Positions 9,626 through 19,819 of a stretch of DNA of 64,000 nucleotides are shown here, piece after piece. Source of the stretch: Candidatus Peribacteria bacterium (GTDB taxonomy: Bacteria > Patescibacteriota > Gracilibacteria > Peribacterales > Peribacteraceae); assembly GCA_041691135.1 (NCBI GenBank), contig JBEPVF010000004.1, positions 64,001 through 128,000 of the forward strand. Direction: 5' to 3'. Position 1 is the first letter of the stretch. Every line of letters starts with the position of its first letter. The position numbers and the translations under genes are program-made. A model generated the notes under the pieces. The model had not been told where the DNA came from. It searched no databases and saw only the letters and a program-made list of their open reading frames with translations.

Positions 9626-9658
9626 GGAGGCAGAAGTATCTTCTCCCTCCTGTTTTTT
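9626..9658 (+). terminator. Rho-independent terminator after rnj
   Basis: GGAGGCAGAAG-TAT-CTTCTCCCTCC followed by TGTTTTTT. Confidence 0.7.
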
Positions 9659-9695
9659 ATTCTGCTTTCGACGAACAAGCGATCAGCGGTAAGCT

Positions 9696-10580
9696 ATGAG
9701 TATGCAAAGGTGTCGTCACTATTCGCTGCTGGTCATCGCCCTCAGTACTATTGCATTGCACGCATGTGGTCCCTCTACGCACGAGGTGCGCAGCGATGAG
9801 CTTGGCATCCGCCTGACCGTTCCATCGACGCTCGTAATGGGCGGCATGACTGATAAGACGCTCACCGATAACGACCAGGCCATTGCCATCCATCAACTGC
9901 GCATCTACCAGCCAAATGGTTCGTTTATTCTGGTGCTGCAATCGCAGGATCCTCAGTTCGCGCAAATCGTCTTACGGTACGTTCAGCAACAAGACACTCG
10001 TGTTCGCGGCAAAACATACACCCGCTACACCCTCGACAGCGCCTGTCATCCCGAAGGATTCGTGACGAAAGAAGGTGACAATTACTACGCCATTGAATTC
10101 GACTGCTTTAGCGACAGCAACGTGATCACGCGAGTAATGGATTCCGTCGCGTTCTCCGCGCCCACGGCCGCCGGCACAGTACTCCTGATACCACACAAGC
10201 TTCAGAGCCGGCAGATGCCCATCGCCCTTACCGCCCCGGCCGGATTCCAGAGCATGAGCGACGCACCGGTTGTTATCACTGTGGGAAAAGATCGAATTTC
10301 CTCACAACAATGGACCCTGGCCCTCGGGAATAAATCGATCGACATTCTGGCCAGCCATGATGTTCGCGCTGCCCAAAGCCCACAATTCGGTGCCAAACGC
10401 GAACGTGCTTTCAGCGGCACATCATTTGTTGAATGGACGGAAAGCAAAGATCCCGAGCATCCGATCATCTTCACTGCTCTGCATCAGGGTATCGCTTATG
10501 TGTTCACCTTCCGTCACTTTACTTCGGAAGCAGACATCGATGCGGTGATGCGCTCTCTACAATTCACCGACGCTCAGTAG
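9696..10580 (+). CDS. Lipoprotein with two PsbP-like tandem domains
   Basis: Lipobox LHAC. Two halves with parallel ends (RVMDSVAF / AVMRSLQF). Start may be the ATG at 9702, 6 nt after TAAGCT. Confidence 0.6.
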   Translation: MSMQRCRHYSLLVIALSTIALHACGPSTHEVRSDELGIRLTVPSTLVMGGMTDKTLTDNDQAIAIHQLRIYQPNGSFILVLQSQDPQFAQIVLRYVQQQDTRVRGKTYTRYTLDSACHPEGFVTKEGDNYYAIEFDCFSDSNVITRVMDSVAFSAPTAAGTVLLIPHKLQSRQMPIALTAPAGFQSMSDAPVVITVGKDRISSQQWTLALGNKSIDILASHDVRAAQSPQFGAKRERAFSGTSFVEWTESKDPEHPIIFTALHQGIAYVFTFRHFTSEADIDAVMRSLQFTDAQ

Positions 10581-11218
10581 TGGCACCGTATTCAGCCATC
10601 CTCTTCGACCTCGACGGCACGCTCGTCTCGACCATCGATGTGTACTGCCACGCAGTGACGGCATCATTTAAAGAGATCGGAATTAACGTGACGCAGAAGC
10701 AATTCAACGAATGGTATAAACGTCCCATTCATCTGGAAGGCATGCTGGAACTTCACGGACTGACCGAAGAAGATGTGCCCGAGGTGCGCGGCATCCGCGA
10801 CCGGTTGTATATCGACAAACTGCGCACCGACACGACGTGGATCGACGGTGCGGAAGATGTACTCACGGAAGTGAAAAAGAAGTATCCGGTCGCCGTCGTC
10901 ACCGGTTCGCATATGAGTTACGTGGACGCCATTGATGAATGTTTGGGCATCAAGCGCTACGTACAGCACTACATCACCGCCGACGAGGTGGGGAAGTTCA
11001 TGAAACCACATCCTCACGGCCTGCTGTTGGCTGCCGATTTGCTCAAGGTCGATCCAAAGGAGTGCCTGTATATCGGCGACCAGACCTTCGACATGACCGC
11101 CGCCAGGGCCTGCGGCATGACCAACTGCCTGGTGCCATTCGTCTACACGGCGGCTGATGCAAAAGAAGAAGCGGATATCGTATGCAAGACCCTGGAAGAT
11201 GTACTGAAAATATTGTGA
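10580..11218 (+). CDS. HAD-family phosphatase
   Basis: ILFDLDGTL, VVTGS, KPHP, YIGD motifs. GTG start overlaps the upstream TAG. Confidence 0.9.
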   Translation: MAPYSAILFDLDGTLVSTIDVYCHAVTASFKEIGINVTQKQFNEWYKRPIHLEGMLELHGLTEEDVPEVRGIRDRLYIDKLRTDTTWIDGAEDVLTEVKKKYPVAVVTGSHMSYVDAIDECLGIKRYVQHYITADEVGKFMKPHPHGLLLAADLLKVDPKECLYIGDQTFDMTAARACGMTNCLVPFVYTAADAKEEADIVCKTLEDVLKIL

Positions 11219-11246
11219 ACATTGTTCATCTCTTTACCGTTTTCGT

Positions 11247-12353
11247 ATGGATACTCGTCCCACTCAGCTCGCCACCGTTCTGCTCGACCACTCACTCAAG
11301 ATCCAATCGGGTGAAAAGCTCTTGATCTGCACATCCGATTTTTCACCGCTGCCGCTGCTCCAGGAAACGTATCGCCTCGGCATCGAACGCGGCGCGCACG
11401 TGGAGCTGGATGTGCTCGGCATACAAATGCAACGCGGTCGGGCCGACTTCGGCGGGTTCGCCCACACCTTGCTTTCCACAGGCAGCGACGAGCAGTTACG
11501 GTACGTCTCGGACATTCTCAATACCAAATTCGACTGGGCCGACGCTTTTCTATTTATCGGTGCCCTCGAAGACGATCTGTTTCTGAGCGATATCGATACC
11601 GAAAAATTCTCGCTATGGAGCAGGTCGAAGTTTGCACTGAATGAGAAATTATTTGAGAAACGTTGGGTTCTGACCCAGTGGCCGACGAACGGATTTGCCG
11701 AAAAATGTGATCTCGCGCCGCAGGAAGCCATCGACTTTTACTACCAAGCTTGCCTGGTTGATTATGCGGCTGAATCAGCCCGTATTAAGCAGCTGCAGGA
11801 CATTTTGGACGAAGGGAAAACCGTCCGCATCATAGGATCGAACACGGATCTGACGCTCGGCATCGAGGGGCGGCTGGCAGCGGGTGCCAACACCGGACGC
11901 CGCAATATTCCCGATGGCGAATGTTTTTTGGGACCGGTCGAAGATCAGACCGAGGGCACCATCACATTTGAACTGCCGCAGGTGCGTTCGGGCCACGAAG
12001 TCCGGGGCATCAAACTGGAATTCCGCAACGGAAAAATCGAGCGGGCAACGGCTGAACACGGCGAAGCACTCCTCTTGCGTACGCTCGAGGAGGATCCGGG
12101 AAACCGCCGTCTCGGAGAACTGGGCATCGGGATGAACCGGTTCATCACCAACTATCTAAAGCAAACCCTGTTCGACGAGAAGATTGCGGGGACCGTGCAC
12201 GTGGCCCTTGGCCGATCGTACGATGAACAGCGGGGTGGAGGCAAGAACAGAGGGTCGATACATTGGGATCTGGTAAAGGATCTTAGGCATTCGGGAACGA
12301 GCGTGACGGTGGATGACCGGGTGATTATGAAAGACGGGAAACTTCACCTGTGA
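11247..12353 (+). CDS. M29-family aminopeptidase (AmpS/AmpT-like)
   Basis: NIPDGECF, LGELGIG, LFDEK, HVALGRSY, SIHWDLV. Confidence 0.92.
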   Translation: MDTRPTQLATVLLDHSLKIQSGEKLLICTSDFSPLPLLQETYRLGIERGAHVELDVLGIQMQRGRADFGGFAHTLLSTGSDEQLRYVSDILNTKFDWADAFLFIGALEDDLFLSDIDTEKFSLWSRSKFALNEKLFEKRWVLTQWPTNGFAEKCDLAPQEAIDFYYQACLVDYAAESARIKQLQDILDEGKTVRIIGSNTDLTLGIEGRLAAGANTGRRNIPDGECFLGPVEDQTEGTITFELPQVRSGHEVRGIKLEFRNGKIERATAEHGEALLLRTLEEDPGNRRLGELGIGMNRFITNYLKQTLFDEKIAGTVHVALGRSYDEQRGGGKNRGSIHWDLVKDLRHSGTSVTVDDRVIMKDGKLHL

Positions 12354-12459
12354 TACATCGCTTCGTAGTGAAGCAGTATGAAATTTTGCAGCATGGCGCT
12401 GTCGCTTTCTTCGCAGATTCGCGGGAGTCATCCGATTCATCGTGCGCGGGTTCCATCGC

Positions 12460-13821
12460 TTATTGCACTACGCGCACCACTCTTCCCCTCACTTTCCATC
12501 CTTCGTAGGGCGTCCAATGACATTTGCTGTGCAGATTTTTTGCCTCAATCGTCCACTCGGCTTCCGGGTCGACCAGGATCATATCCGCCTTGGCACCCTC
12601 GACGACTCCTTTTTTCCCAAGCGAGTAGATGTCATTCGGATGTTCGAATAACAAATTATAAATGTCTGTCATCCGCACTGCATACTTAATCACTCTTTTC
12701 TTCGGCTCACTTGTTCCACCCGACGCCATCGATAGAAGTAACGGCAGCATCGTCTCGACGCCGGGAACGCCGCTCGGCGCCTTAAGCGGTTCATTATCGG
12801 TTTTTTCTTCGAGCGTATGCGGCGCATGGTCCGTTGCAATGCAGTCGACGGTCCCATCCTTGATTCCCGCCCACAGAGCATTGCGATGCTCCACCGTTCG
12901 AACGGGCGGATTCATTTTTGCCAGCGTGCCCAGTTGTTTGTAATCATCAGTTGTCAGAAACAAGTGATGCGGCGCGACTTCACAGGTCATCGCCACGCCT
13001 TCTTTCTTCGCCTGACGCACAAGATCGACACCTTGCTTCGTCGAAAGATGTGCCACGTGGAACTTCGTACCGTATTTCTTCGCCAGACTGATGGCGTAGG
13101 CAATGGCCTTTGCCTCGGATTCCGGCGGCCGCATGAGGGAATGACGCGCAACAGTGGGATGAACCGATTCATCATTCGCATACTTCGCCGCCGCCTCGGC
13201 ATTCATTGCCGGATCTTCGCAGTGACACACTAGGGGAATGCGCTGCTCGGCACATGCCTTGAATATATCGTCCAAGATCGACACATCGATGCCCTGATTG
13301 CCCGTCGAATGATCGAAGAAGACTTTCACGCCGCAGCAATGTGCCTTCAGGCGATCCAGCTCGGCATTGCCACCATCCCACAACTCGCGGAGCACGGCCA
13401 AGTGAATATCCTGCGTCACGCCAAAGAAAAAGTGAATATCGCAATCGGTGATCTCTTCCGCGCGCCGCACTTTATCGGCCAACGCGCTGACGGTGTTCGT
13501 CGGTGGAATCGTATTCGGCATTTCGCATACTGTCGTGACGCCGCCAGCCAATGCCGCACGCGATTCGGTCTGCATCGTTGCCTTGTGTTCCAATCCCGGT
13601 TCACGGAAATGCACATGACAATCGATGAGTCCGGGCAAGAGAACCAAGCCGTTCGCCTCGATCACTTCGTGCACCGGATCGTCCTGCACTGATGGCAACG
13701 CATAGGTCGGTGAATCATGGAAAGCGATCTGTTCAATAACTCCATCGCGCACCAGTAGATCGGCAATAAGCTGATCAGTCACCGTTACCAGATGCGCGTC
13801 CTTGATCAGGAGACTGCTCAT
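12460..13821 (-). CDS. pyrC: Dihydroorotase
   Basis: PGLIDCHVHFREPG, EMPNT, HCED, HVAHLS, KMNPPVR, ATDHAPH. ATGA overlap with pyrB. Confidence 0.93.
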   Translation of the reverse strand: MSSLLIKDAHLVTVTDQLIADLLVRDGVIEQIAFHDSPTYALPSVQDDPVHEVIEANGLVLLPGLIDCHVHFREPGLEHKATMQTESRAALAGGVTTVCEMPNTIPPTNTVSALADKVRRAEEITDCDIHFFFGVTQDIHLAVLRELWDGGNAELDRLKAHCCGVKVFFDHSTGNQGIDVSILDDIFKACAEQRIPLVCHCEDPAMNAEAAAKYANDESVHPTVARHSLMRPPESEAKAIAYAISLAKKYGTKFHVAHLSTKQGVDLVRQAKKEGVAMTCEVAPHHLFLTTDDYKQLGTLAKMNPPVRTVEHRNALWAGIKDGTVDCIATDHAPHTLEEKTDNEPLKAPSGVPGVETMLPLLLSMASGGTSEPKKRVIKYAVRMTDIYNLLFEHPNDIYSLGKKGVVEGAKADMILVDPEAEWTIEAKNLHSKCHWTPYEGWKVRGRVVRVVQ

Positions 13822-14735
13822 GCATCGGCCAGAAGAAGTGACAGAAGAGCCATCCGCACCGGTACGGCATTCCCAGCCTGGCGAAAATAGGCCGCGTGCT
13901 TGTACTCGTCCACCTCCGGCGCGATTTCCTGGAGCCGTGGCAACGGACTGATGATCGTCGATTCGGTGCGTTCCATGTGCTTGCCCGTGAGCTGGTACAC
14001 ATCGCGCAGTTTTTCGTATTCAGCGCGGCTCTCGTAGCGCTCTTCCTGAATGCGCGTCATGTCGATGACATCGCATTCCAATGCATCGTCGAACGATGTC
14101 GATTCGCGAAAATCCACACCGTGTTCGGTGAGATACTCTTTGATTTCATCCGGCATCACCAGTTCGGCAGGCGAGACGAAGAGCAGGCGATTGTCGGGGA
14201 AGAGACTGAGCAGGTAGCACAGCGAATGCACCGTGCGCGAGAAGCGCAGATCGCCGACCATCGCAATGGAGAGGCCTTCGGTTGTGCCGCGCTCTTTTTT
14301 GATCGTGTACAAATCGAGCAGTGCCTGCGTCGGATGTTCGCCCGGCCCGTCGCCCGCACTCAAGAACGGCGGAACACTCACGCTAGCCGCGCGGGCCGCT
14401 GCACCGGCTTCGAAGTGGCGCATCACGATGATGTCCGCATAATTGTTCACCATGCGGATTGTATCTTCCAGCGTCTCACCTTTTTTGAGCGACGTGTTCT
14501 CGATGCCATTCACGGTAATCACCTGTCCGCCCAGCCGCAACATGGCCGATTCAAAACTCAATCGCGTCCGCGTGCTGGGCTCGTAGAAGAGGCTCGCCAG
14601 AATTTTTCCTTTCAGACGATCGTCACCGCCCTTGGCACGCACCTTCTCCATTTTTTCAGTCGCCTTCAAAATCAACTCCACATCGTCGCGCGTGAGCGCT
14701 GTCGTGGAAATGAGGTATCGGAAGCTAAGCGGCAT
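13818..14735 (-). CDS. pyrB: Aspartate carbamoyltransferase catalytic subunit
   Basis: FYEPSTRT, KGETLEDT, MRH, HPTQALLD, GDLRFSRT, TRIQEER. Confidence 0.96.
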   Translation of the reverse strand: MPLSFRYLISTTALTRDDVELILKATEKMEKVRAKGGDDRLKGKILASLFYEPSTRTRLSFESAMLRLGGQVITVNGIENTSLKKGETLEDTIRMVNNYADIIVMRHFEAGAAARAASVSVPPFLSAGDGPGEHPTQALLDLYTIKKERGTTEGLSIAMVGDLRFSRTVHSLCYLLSLFPDNRLLFVSPAELVMPDEIKEYLTEHGVDFRESTSFDDALECDVIDMTRIQEERYESRAEYEKLRDVYQLTGKHMERTESTIISPLPRLQEIAPEVDEYKHAAYFRQAGNAVPVRMALLSLLLADA

Positions 14736-14782
14736 GCTGAATGCACTGTACGTAAAAAATTACATATTGTCGATATTCAACT

Positions 14783-15226
14783 TTACATTAAAGAACTCTC
14801 CGCCTGAAGAAGTTGGCTGAACTGTACCCAGAATGCCGCGTCGTGTATGGAGCGTATCTGCACCGGATCACCATCCAGGTCCCACTCCTGGCCATCGAAA
14901 GTCAGTGTGGCAACGCGTTCACTTTCGCTTGGCAGATTAAGGTAAACACCAAATGTGTGCACGCCTGCTTCTGCATCGGCTGGCAGAAGTTTTGCATGAC
15001 ACACGTCTAAATCATATTGTGTTCTAAGCCAGTCACTCGCTTGCCGCTGAAACGCGAGTTGTTCAGATGAAAGTGTTGGTCGCTCAGGCCCAGTAACACA
15101 TCCCTCCAGTCTTTCTCTGACCCATTGACCAGCGGCGGTTAATCTTTTTTTTACATGCCCTATGATGGACGTTTGCTCGACAGGCTCAGAAACGCCATGT
15201 TCTACGTCCTGCCGATGAGACATCAT
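14783..15226 (-). CDS. Hypothetical protein
   Basis: Open frame filling the gap between pyrB and the flippase. Start uncertain; no family recognised. Confidence 0.5.
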   Translation of the reverse strand: MMSHRQDVEHGVSEPVEQTSIIGHVKKRLTAAGQWVRERLEGCVTGPERPTLSSEQLAFQRQASDWLRTQYDLDVCHAKLLPADAEAGVHTFGVYLNLPSESERVATLTFDGQEWDLDGDPVQIRSIHDAAFWVQFSQLLQAESSLM

Positions 15227-15331
15227 GATACCCATAACAAGGCATTTTTCTCCTCGATTCGAAAAACACAAGCATTCGGACAACGAAAAGACAATTTGCG
15301 CTTTGGTATGCCGAGCAGTCACACTGTGATC

Positions 15332-16792
15332 ATGTCCACCCGCGCCATCGCCACGTCCACACTCTGGCAGATCGCGAGCCAGGTCGTCATGGCTGCGCTC
15401 AGTATCGTGACGATCAAATTCGTCACGATTGGACTGAGCAAAGAACTAGCCGGCATCTACAATTCCGCCTACGGATTTCTCCAGCTCTTCGGTGTGCTGG
15501 CCGACTTTGGACTGTACGCCATTGCAGTGCGTGAGGTGAGCAAAGCTGAAAACAAAACCGATGTCTTGGGCACGCTGATGGCACTGCGCATTTTGATTCT
15601 CTGTTTTTCTCTGGGAACAGCCCTGCTCATCGTCTGGATTCTGCCGGCGTGGCACAACACTCCATTGCCGATGAGCGCCACCATCGCCGCGCTCGTTCCC
15701 TTCTTCACGCTCCTCGCCGGCATGCAGCGCACGATTTTTCAGGTCCACTACCGCTTGCAGTACGTATTCATTGCCGAGGTGTTGCAGCGGATCATCACTA
15801 CGGGGCTCATTGCCACCGTCGTGCTGATGGGCATCCGCGGCAGCACGGATGTCCACACCGAAGAATTATTTCTCTTCATTGGAGGTATCGGTGCAATGGC
15901 ATTGTTCGCCACGCAGTTGTACTTCGGCCGTAGGTTTCTGCCGTTTACCCTGCATTGGAATTGGACAGTGATCCGACACGTATTCTGGATGGCCGCGCCG
16001 TACGGTCTCGCATATCTGTGCATGGCGCTGTATCGCCAGCTTGATGTGCCGTTGATCACATTGCTCCGGCCTCACGACTTCGACCTGCAGAACGCCTACT
16101 ACGGCTTCGTGATGCGCATGGCCGACATGGGATTCATCATCCCCACCTTCCTGCTCAATTCGGTGCTCCCCATTATGAGCGACCGCGACAGCAAAGGCGT
16201 GGATACGCGACATCTCCTCGGCAAAACACTTTTCATCCTACTGCTGCTCGGCTCAACTGCGTTCCTCTTCGCGCAACTTTGGTCGGTGCCGCTGATTCAT
16301 CTGCTCACTACCAAGGCCTACGTATCGACACCGGGACATCCGGGTTCCGATGCTGCACTGCGCCTGATCAGCATTCCGATGCTTATGAACGGCATGATTC
16401 TGTACAGCTTCTATGTCCTGCTGAACCGCAACGCCTGGCGCCGGCTGGTGGCCACGTTGCTGTGCGGCGTCGTCATTGCTCTCGCCTGCAATCTCCTGCT
16501 GATTCCCGGCCTCGGCTTTATCGGCGCCAGCTACACCTCCATCATCGTCCACGTCTTCATCGCAGCGGCGCTTCTGCCGCAGGCCCTGCGCGTGATGCCG
16601 GCTGCGATCAGTCGCCACCAACTCTGGCAATGGCTGCTCTTCACGCTTCTCTTGGCCGCACCGCTATATCTGCTTGCTCCGTTTTTGCCGAACGACCTGA
16701 TCACCGTATCGGCGCTCGTCGGAATAATCGTCTGGATAATAGGAATTGCCGAAGCGACAGGAATTCGTCGGAGCTTAAGCGAAGCCATATAA
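15332..16792 (+). CDS. Oligosaccharide flippase (Wzx/MOP family)
   Basis: Many TM segments, ADFGL motif, NLLLIPGLGFIGA. ATG 15332 lies 6 nt after CACACT. Confidence 0.88.
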   Translation: MSTRAIATSTLWQIASQVVMAALSIVTIKFVTIGLSKELAGIYNSAYGFLQLFGVLADFGLYAIAVREVSKAENKTDVLGTLMALRILILCFSLGTALLIVWILPAWHNTPLPMSATIAALVPFFTLLAGMQRTIFQVHYRLQYVFIAEVLQRIITTGLIATVVLMGIRGSTDVHTEELFLFIGGIGAMALFATQLYFGRRFLPFTLHWNWTVIRHVFWMAAPYGLAYLCMALYRQLDVPLITLLRPHDFDLQNAYYGFVMRMADMGFIIPTFLLNSVLPIMSDRDSKGVDTRHLLGKTLFILLLLGSTAFLFAQLWSVPLIHLLTTKAYVSTPGHPGSDAALRLISIPMLMNGMILYSFYVLLNRNAWRRLVATLLCGVVIALACNLLLIPGLGFIGASYTSIIVHVFIAAALLPQALRVMPAAISRHQLWQWLLFTLLLAAPLYLLAPFLPNDLITVSALVGIIVWIIGIAEATGIRRSLSEAI

Positions 16793-16954
16793 GGGACAAA
16801 GCACCGGTAATTTTCGTAACAGCGCCTGGCTCTGCCACTACGATTTATGGCAAATACATGCAGTAAACGACGTTCTATGAACGAATAGAACACTACGCGA
16901 ACCTTCCTATTATGGTAAGAATCTGGTATAATTATCAGATTCCTCAACACACAC

Positions 16955-18121
16955 ATGACACATCTCCGCCTCATTATCTTGGGTAGCATGATGGCTCTGT
17001 GGCCATCGTTCGCCCTAGCCGCTGTTCCGGCCGTGACCGGTATCGTCGCATCGTACGAGAACGGACAAATCCATGTGTCGTGGACCGCACCATCCGAGCC
17101 CGCACAATCGTTCCGCATTTACTACAGCCGCGAATCAATCCTGCAGAATAACGGCCGCTACGATGATTTCGAAACCACAAGCGGCAACCGCACCGAATAT
17201 TTTTTGACGAACTTCCCCACCGCCAGCCATCTCTACATTTCTGTTCTCGCCGTCGCCATGTCGGGCGAGGAAGGGAAGACGTTTACGACGGAGACAACCG
17301 TGGATCTACCATCCGCAGGAACAGCGACATCCACCATGACGCCGCCTTCGTCGTTCGGCGCCACATCATCCACTACGACGGCAGCGACACTCCAACTGCT
17401 TTCCGCTCTTCCCATCTCATCGACAGGCGTCACACTCACCTTTAACGCGCCGATCGAGTTGGCAGATACTGATGGACCATCCGCATTCGTCATACAAGAC
17501 GGCTCAGGCCATCAGCTCTCTATGCGAAAGCTCGTGATCATGGGCGCTCAAATCATGATCGTCACGGACCAGCAGCAGGCAGGCACAGTCTATAACTTGC
17601 AAGTGAACGACGTCGTCAAAGGCCAAGGAATGACGACGAGTCTTCCGCTCGATCCCTTTCAGCGCAATGCCCAGTTCACGGCATGGGATGCGCTCACCGA
17701 TACCCCGTCTATGCCGACCGAAACGCCCGCGTCGATTGTCGGCCTCACATTGAACGGACAAGTACAGAGCAATGGTCGCTACACGGTAACCGCCCACTGG
17801 GGACTCTCGGCGCCAGCCGCAGTCGTACAATCTTTTGAACTGATGCAGAGCCGTGATGGCGGCAAAAAATTCAGCGCTGTCCAAACCATTGCCGGCGATA
17901 CGCAGGCCGTCACCTTTCACGATGTGCCATTCGGCGCGTTCGGTGTCTCGATTCGCGCAGTGATGCCGAGCGGGCAACGAGGCCCGGATGTATTCTCGTC
18001 TATTGATCTGCCAAAGCCACAAACGAACTTGCCGAGCAGCGGCCCGGGCGTTCTGCTCCTGATGGGAACGGCGGGCGCCGTAGCCGGTTGGCGAAAAATG
18101 CGTCTGCAGCTGGCAAAATAA
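16955..18121 (+). CDS. Secreted FN3/Ig-like surface protein with C-terminal LPxSG-TM-basic sorting-type signal
   Basis: Signal peptide, FN3-like VSWTAP..FRIYYS, Ser/Thr linker, ends NLPSSGPGVLLLMGTAGAVAGWRKMR. Confidence 0.75.
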   Translation: MTHLRLIILGSMMALWPSFALAAVPAVTGIVASYENGQIHVSWTAPSEPAQSFRIYYSRESILQNNGRYDDFETTSGNRTEYFLTNFPTASHLYISVLAVAMSGEEGKTFTTETTVDLPSAGTATSTMTPPSSFGATSSTTTAATLQLLSALPISSTGVTLTFNAPIELADTDGPSAFVIQDGSGHQLSMRKLVIMGAQIMIVTDQQQAGTVYNLQVNDVVKGQGMTTSLPLDPFQRNAQFTAWDALTDTPSMPTETPASIVGLTLNGQVQSNGRYTVTAHWGLSAPAAVVQSFELMQSRDGGKKFSAVQTIAGDTQAVTFHDVPFGAFGVSIRAVMPSGQRGPDVFSSIDLPKPQTNLPSSGPGVLLLMGTAGAVAGWRKMRLQLAK

Positions 18122-18160
18122 TTTCGACTGCACCACAGTCGACGGGCGGACATTTACGCT

Positions 18161-19006
18161 TTGAGCGTGCACAAGATCCCCGCTCGTCATTGGGTGAAAC
18201 TCTGCGCAGGCCTCTGTGTGCTGCTTGCATTGTGTGCCCGCGAGTGGCTGCTGCTTCCGGATGGACGGGCACACCTCTCGATTTTGAACATCGGTCAGGG
18301 CGACAGCATTTTGCTCACGACACCGCAAGGCCATCGGATACTAATCGATGGCGGCCCGGACCTGACGACACTGGAAGAGCTGGGCCGCCATCTGCCGTTC
18401 TTCGATCGCCATATTGATCTGCTCGTTCTGTCGCATCCGCACATCGATCACATCGCGAGTTTTCCACCCATTCTTGAGCGCTACCAGGTCGATGCGGTAC
18501 TGATGAACAACACGCAGTACGGCTCGCCGCGCTACCAACATTTTCTGTCATTGTTGCGCACGGAACATATTCCGGTGATGGAACCGGACACACACGGCGC
18601 CATCGTATTCGATGACGGATTTATCCTAGAACGTCTATGGCCGCCGCACGGCTGGTTCGGTGCTGCACCCAAGAATGTACACGATGCGATGGTCGTTCTG
18701 CGGGCGCACTACAAGAATCATACGGCATTGCTCACTGGCGATCTGGAAGCAAAGTATGAGGCAGCTATTCTGAAACTGGGGACCGATGTGCATGCCGATA
18801 TTCTCAAGATCGGCCATCACGGCAGTCTCACGTCTACATCCACCGGCTTCCTCGTGGCAGTGCATCCGTCTCTCGCCGTTATTTCGGCCGGCAAAGACAA
18901 TCCATTCGGCCATCCGCGGCCCCAGACTCTTACGCGCCTGGCGCACTTTCACATCCCGATCAAGCGGACAGACCGCGACGGAACGATTGAGATCGTCTGG
19001 GAGTGA
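18161..19006 (+). CDS. ComEC/Rec2-like MBL-fold protein (stand-alone beta-lactamase domain)
   Basis: IGQGDSIL, LIDGG, SHPHIDHI, LLTGD, KIGHHGS, ISAGKDNPFGHP, RTDRDGTI. Confidence 0.9.
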   Translation: MSVHKIPARHWVKLCAGLCVLLALCAREWLLLPDGRAHLSILNIGQGDSILLTTPQGHRILIDGGPDLTTLEELGRHLPFFDRHIDLLVLSHPHIDHIASFPPILERYQVDAVLMNNTQYGSPRYQHFLSLLRTEHIPVMEPDTHGAIVFDDGFILERLWPPHGWFGAAPKNVHDAMVVLRAHYKNHTALLTGDLEAKYEAAILKLGTDVHADILKIGHHGSLTSTSTGFLVAVHPSLAVISAGKDNPFGHPRPQTLTRLAHFHIPIKRTDRDGTIEIVWE

Positions 19007-19117
19007 TAAGGGCTATTCTTTCAAATTTTCTCGCGTATAACGATTTCTTCGCTGTAGCTAGATAGAAAAGTAGGCTCTTAGACCCTTGACTTTTTTGATC
19101 ATTTGCTGTATACACAA

Positions 19118-19268
19118 GCGTCCATCGCTTGTCGGTGGGCGCGTATTTTTGATATGCGCGAAAAGAGCAGCGGGAAGACATAAATTGCCTGTTGCGCACT
19201 GATCATTCACAGGACAGCACCGTTAATCCCAGCGAATGCACTCACAGAGTCTATGCGCTGGGATTAAC
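19118..19268 (+). other. Structured leader / candidate ncRNA
   Basis: Hairpin GCGTCCATCG/CGGTGGGCGC followed by TATTTTT; perfect 13-bp stem 19222-19234/19256-19268. Possible promoter TTGACT(19086)-17-TATACA. Confidence 0.45.
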
Positions 19269-19324
19269 AATTCAGGGCAGGTCCACGTCGGGCCCGCCAT
19301 CAGTCGTTTTCGGAGGCCTGTCAG

Positions 19325-19684
19325 ATGTTGAGAGCCCGTAAAAAGATGCCGAAGGTGAGGGTCGTGCTCACGGCAGAGCAGGAGAAGGCGGCAGGAGCCG
19401 CCTTCGAGCGCAATATGGGCATCGCCGTGGTTGTGCTGATGGTGATTTTTGGGGGGCTTGGCCTCCCCACCATCTTCAGCGAACACGGTAAGGAAAAGGC
19501 CGGCGAGCACGTCTCGCCGCGAACCACAGTTTCCGCGCCAACTGAGCCAGTGGCCCTCCCGATCGAGGAGCAAGTGGCAGAGGCTATCCGCAAGGAAAAG
19601 CCTCAACCACCGTTCACGATCCATGTGGCCACCGACGGCCATATCGAAATTAACCCTACCACGCAGGTCGGGTTCCGACCCTGA
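19325..19684 (+). CDS. Single-TM hypothetical protein
   Basis: GGAGG SD 8 nt before ATG; TM MGIAVVVLMVIFGGLGL; followed by two hairpins. Confidence 0.6.
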   Translation: MLRARKKMPKVRVVLTAEQEKAAGAAFERNMGIAVVVLMVIFGGLGLPTIFSEHGKEKAGEHVSPRTTVSAPTEPVALPIEEQVAEAIRKEKPQPPFTIHVATDGHIEINPTTQVGFRP

Positions 19685-19697
19685 AAGCTGTTTCCCG

Positions 19698-19762
19698 GTC
19701 TGACGCCTGTCGTCAGACTTACCGGCTCTCTCCCTTCGTGGAGAGCAGCCGGTTTTAAAAAA
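19698..19762. terminator. Twin hairpins, probable bidirectional terminator
   Basis: GTCTGACG/CGTCAGAC and ACCGGCTCTCTCC/GGAGAG-C-AGCCGGT followed by TTTAAAAAA. Confidence 0.6.
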
Positions 19763-19819
19763 CTGCCCATCTTATTCACCACGATAAATAGGGTTCGTAA
19801 CCACAATCGCCTGACATGA

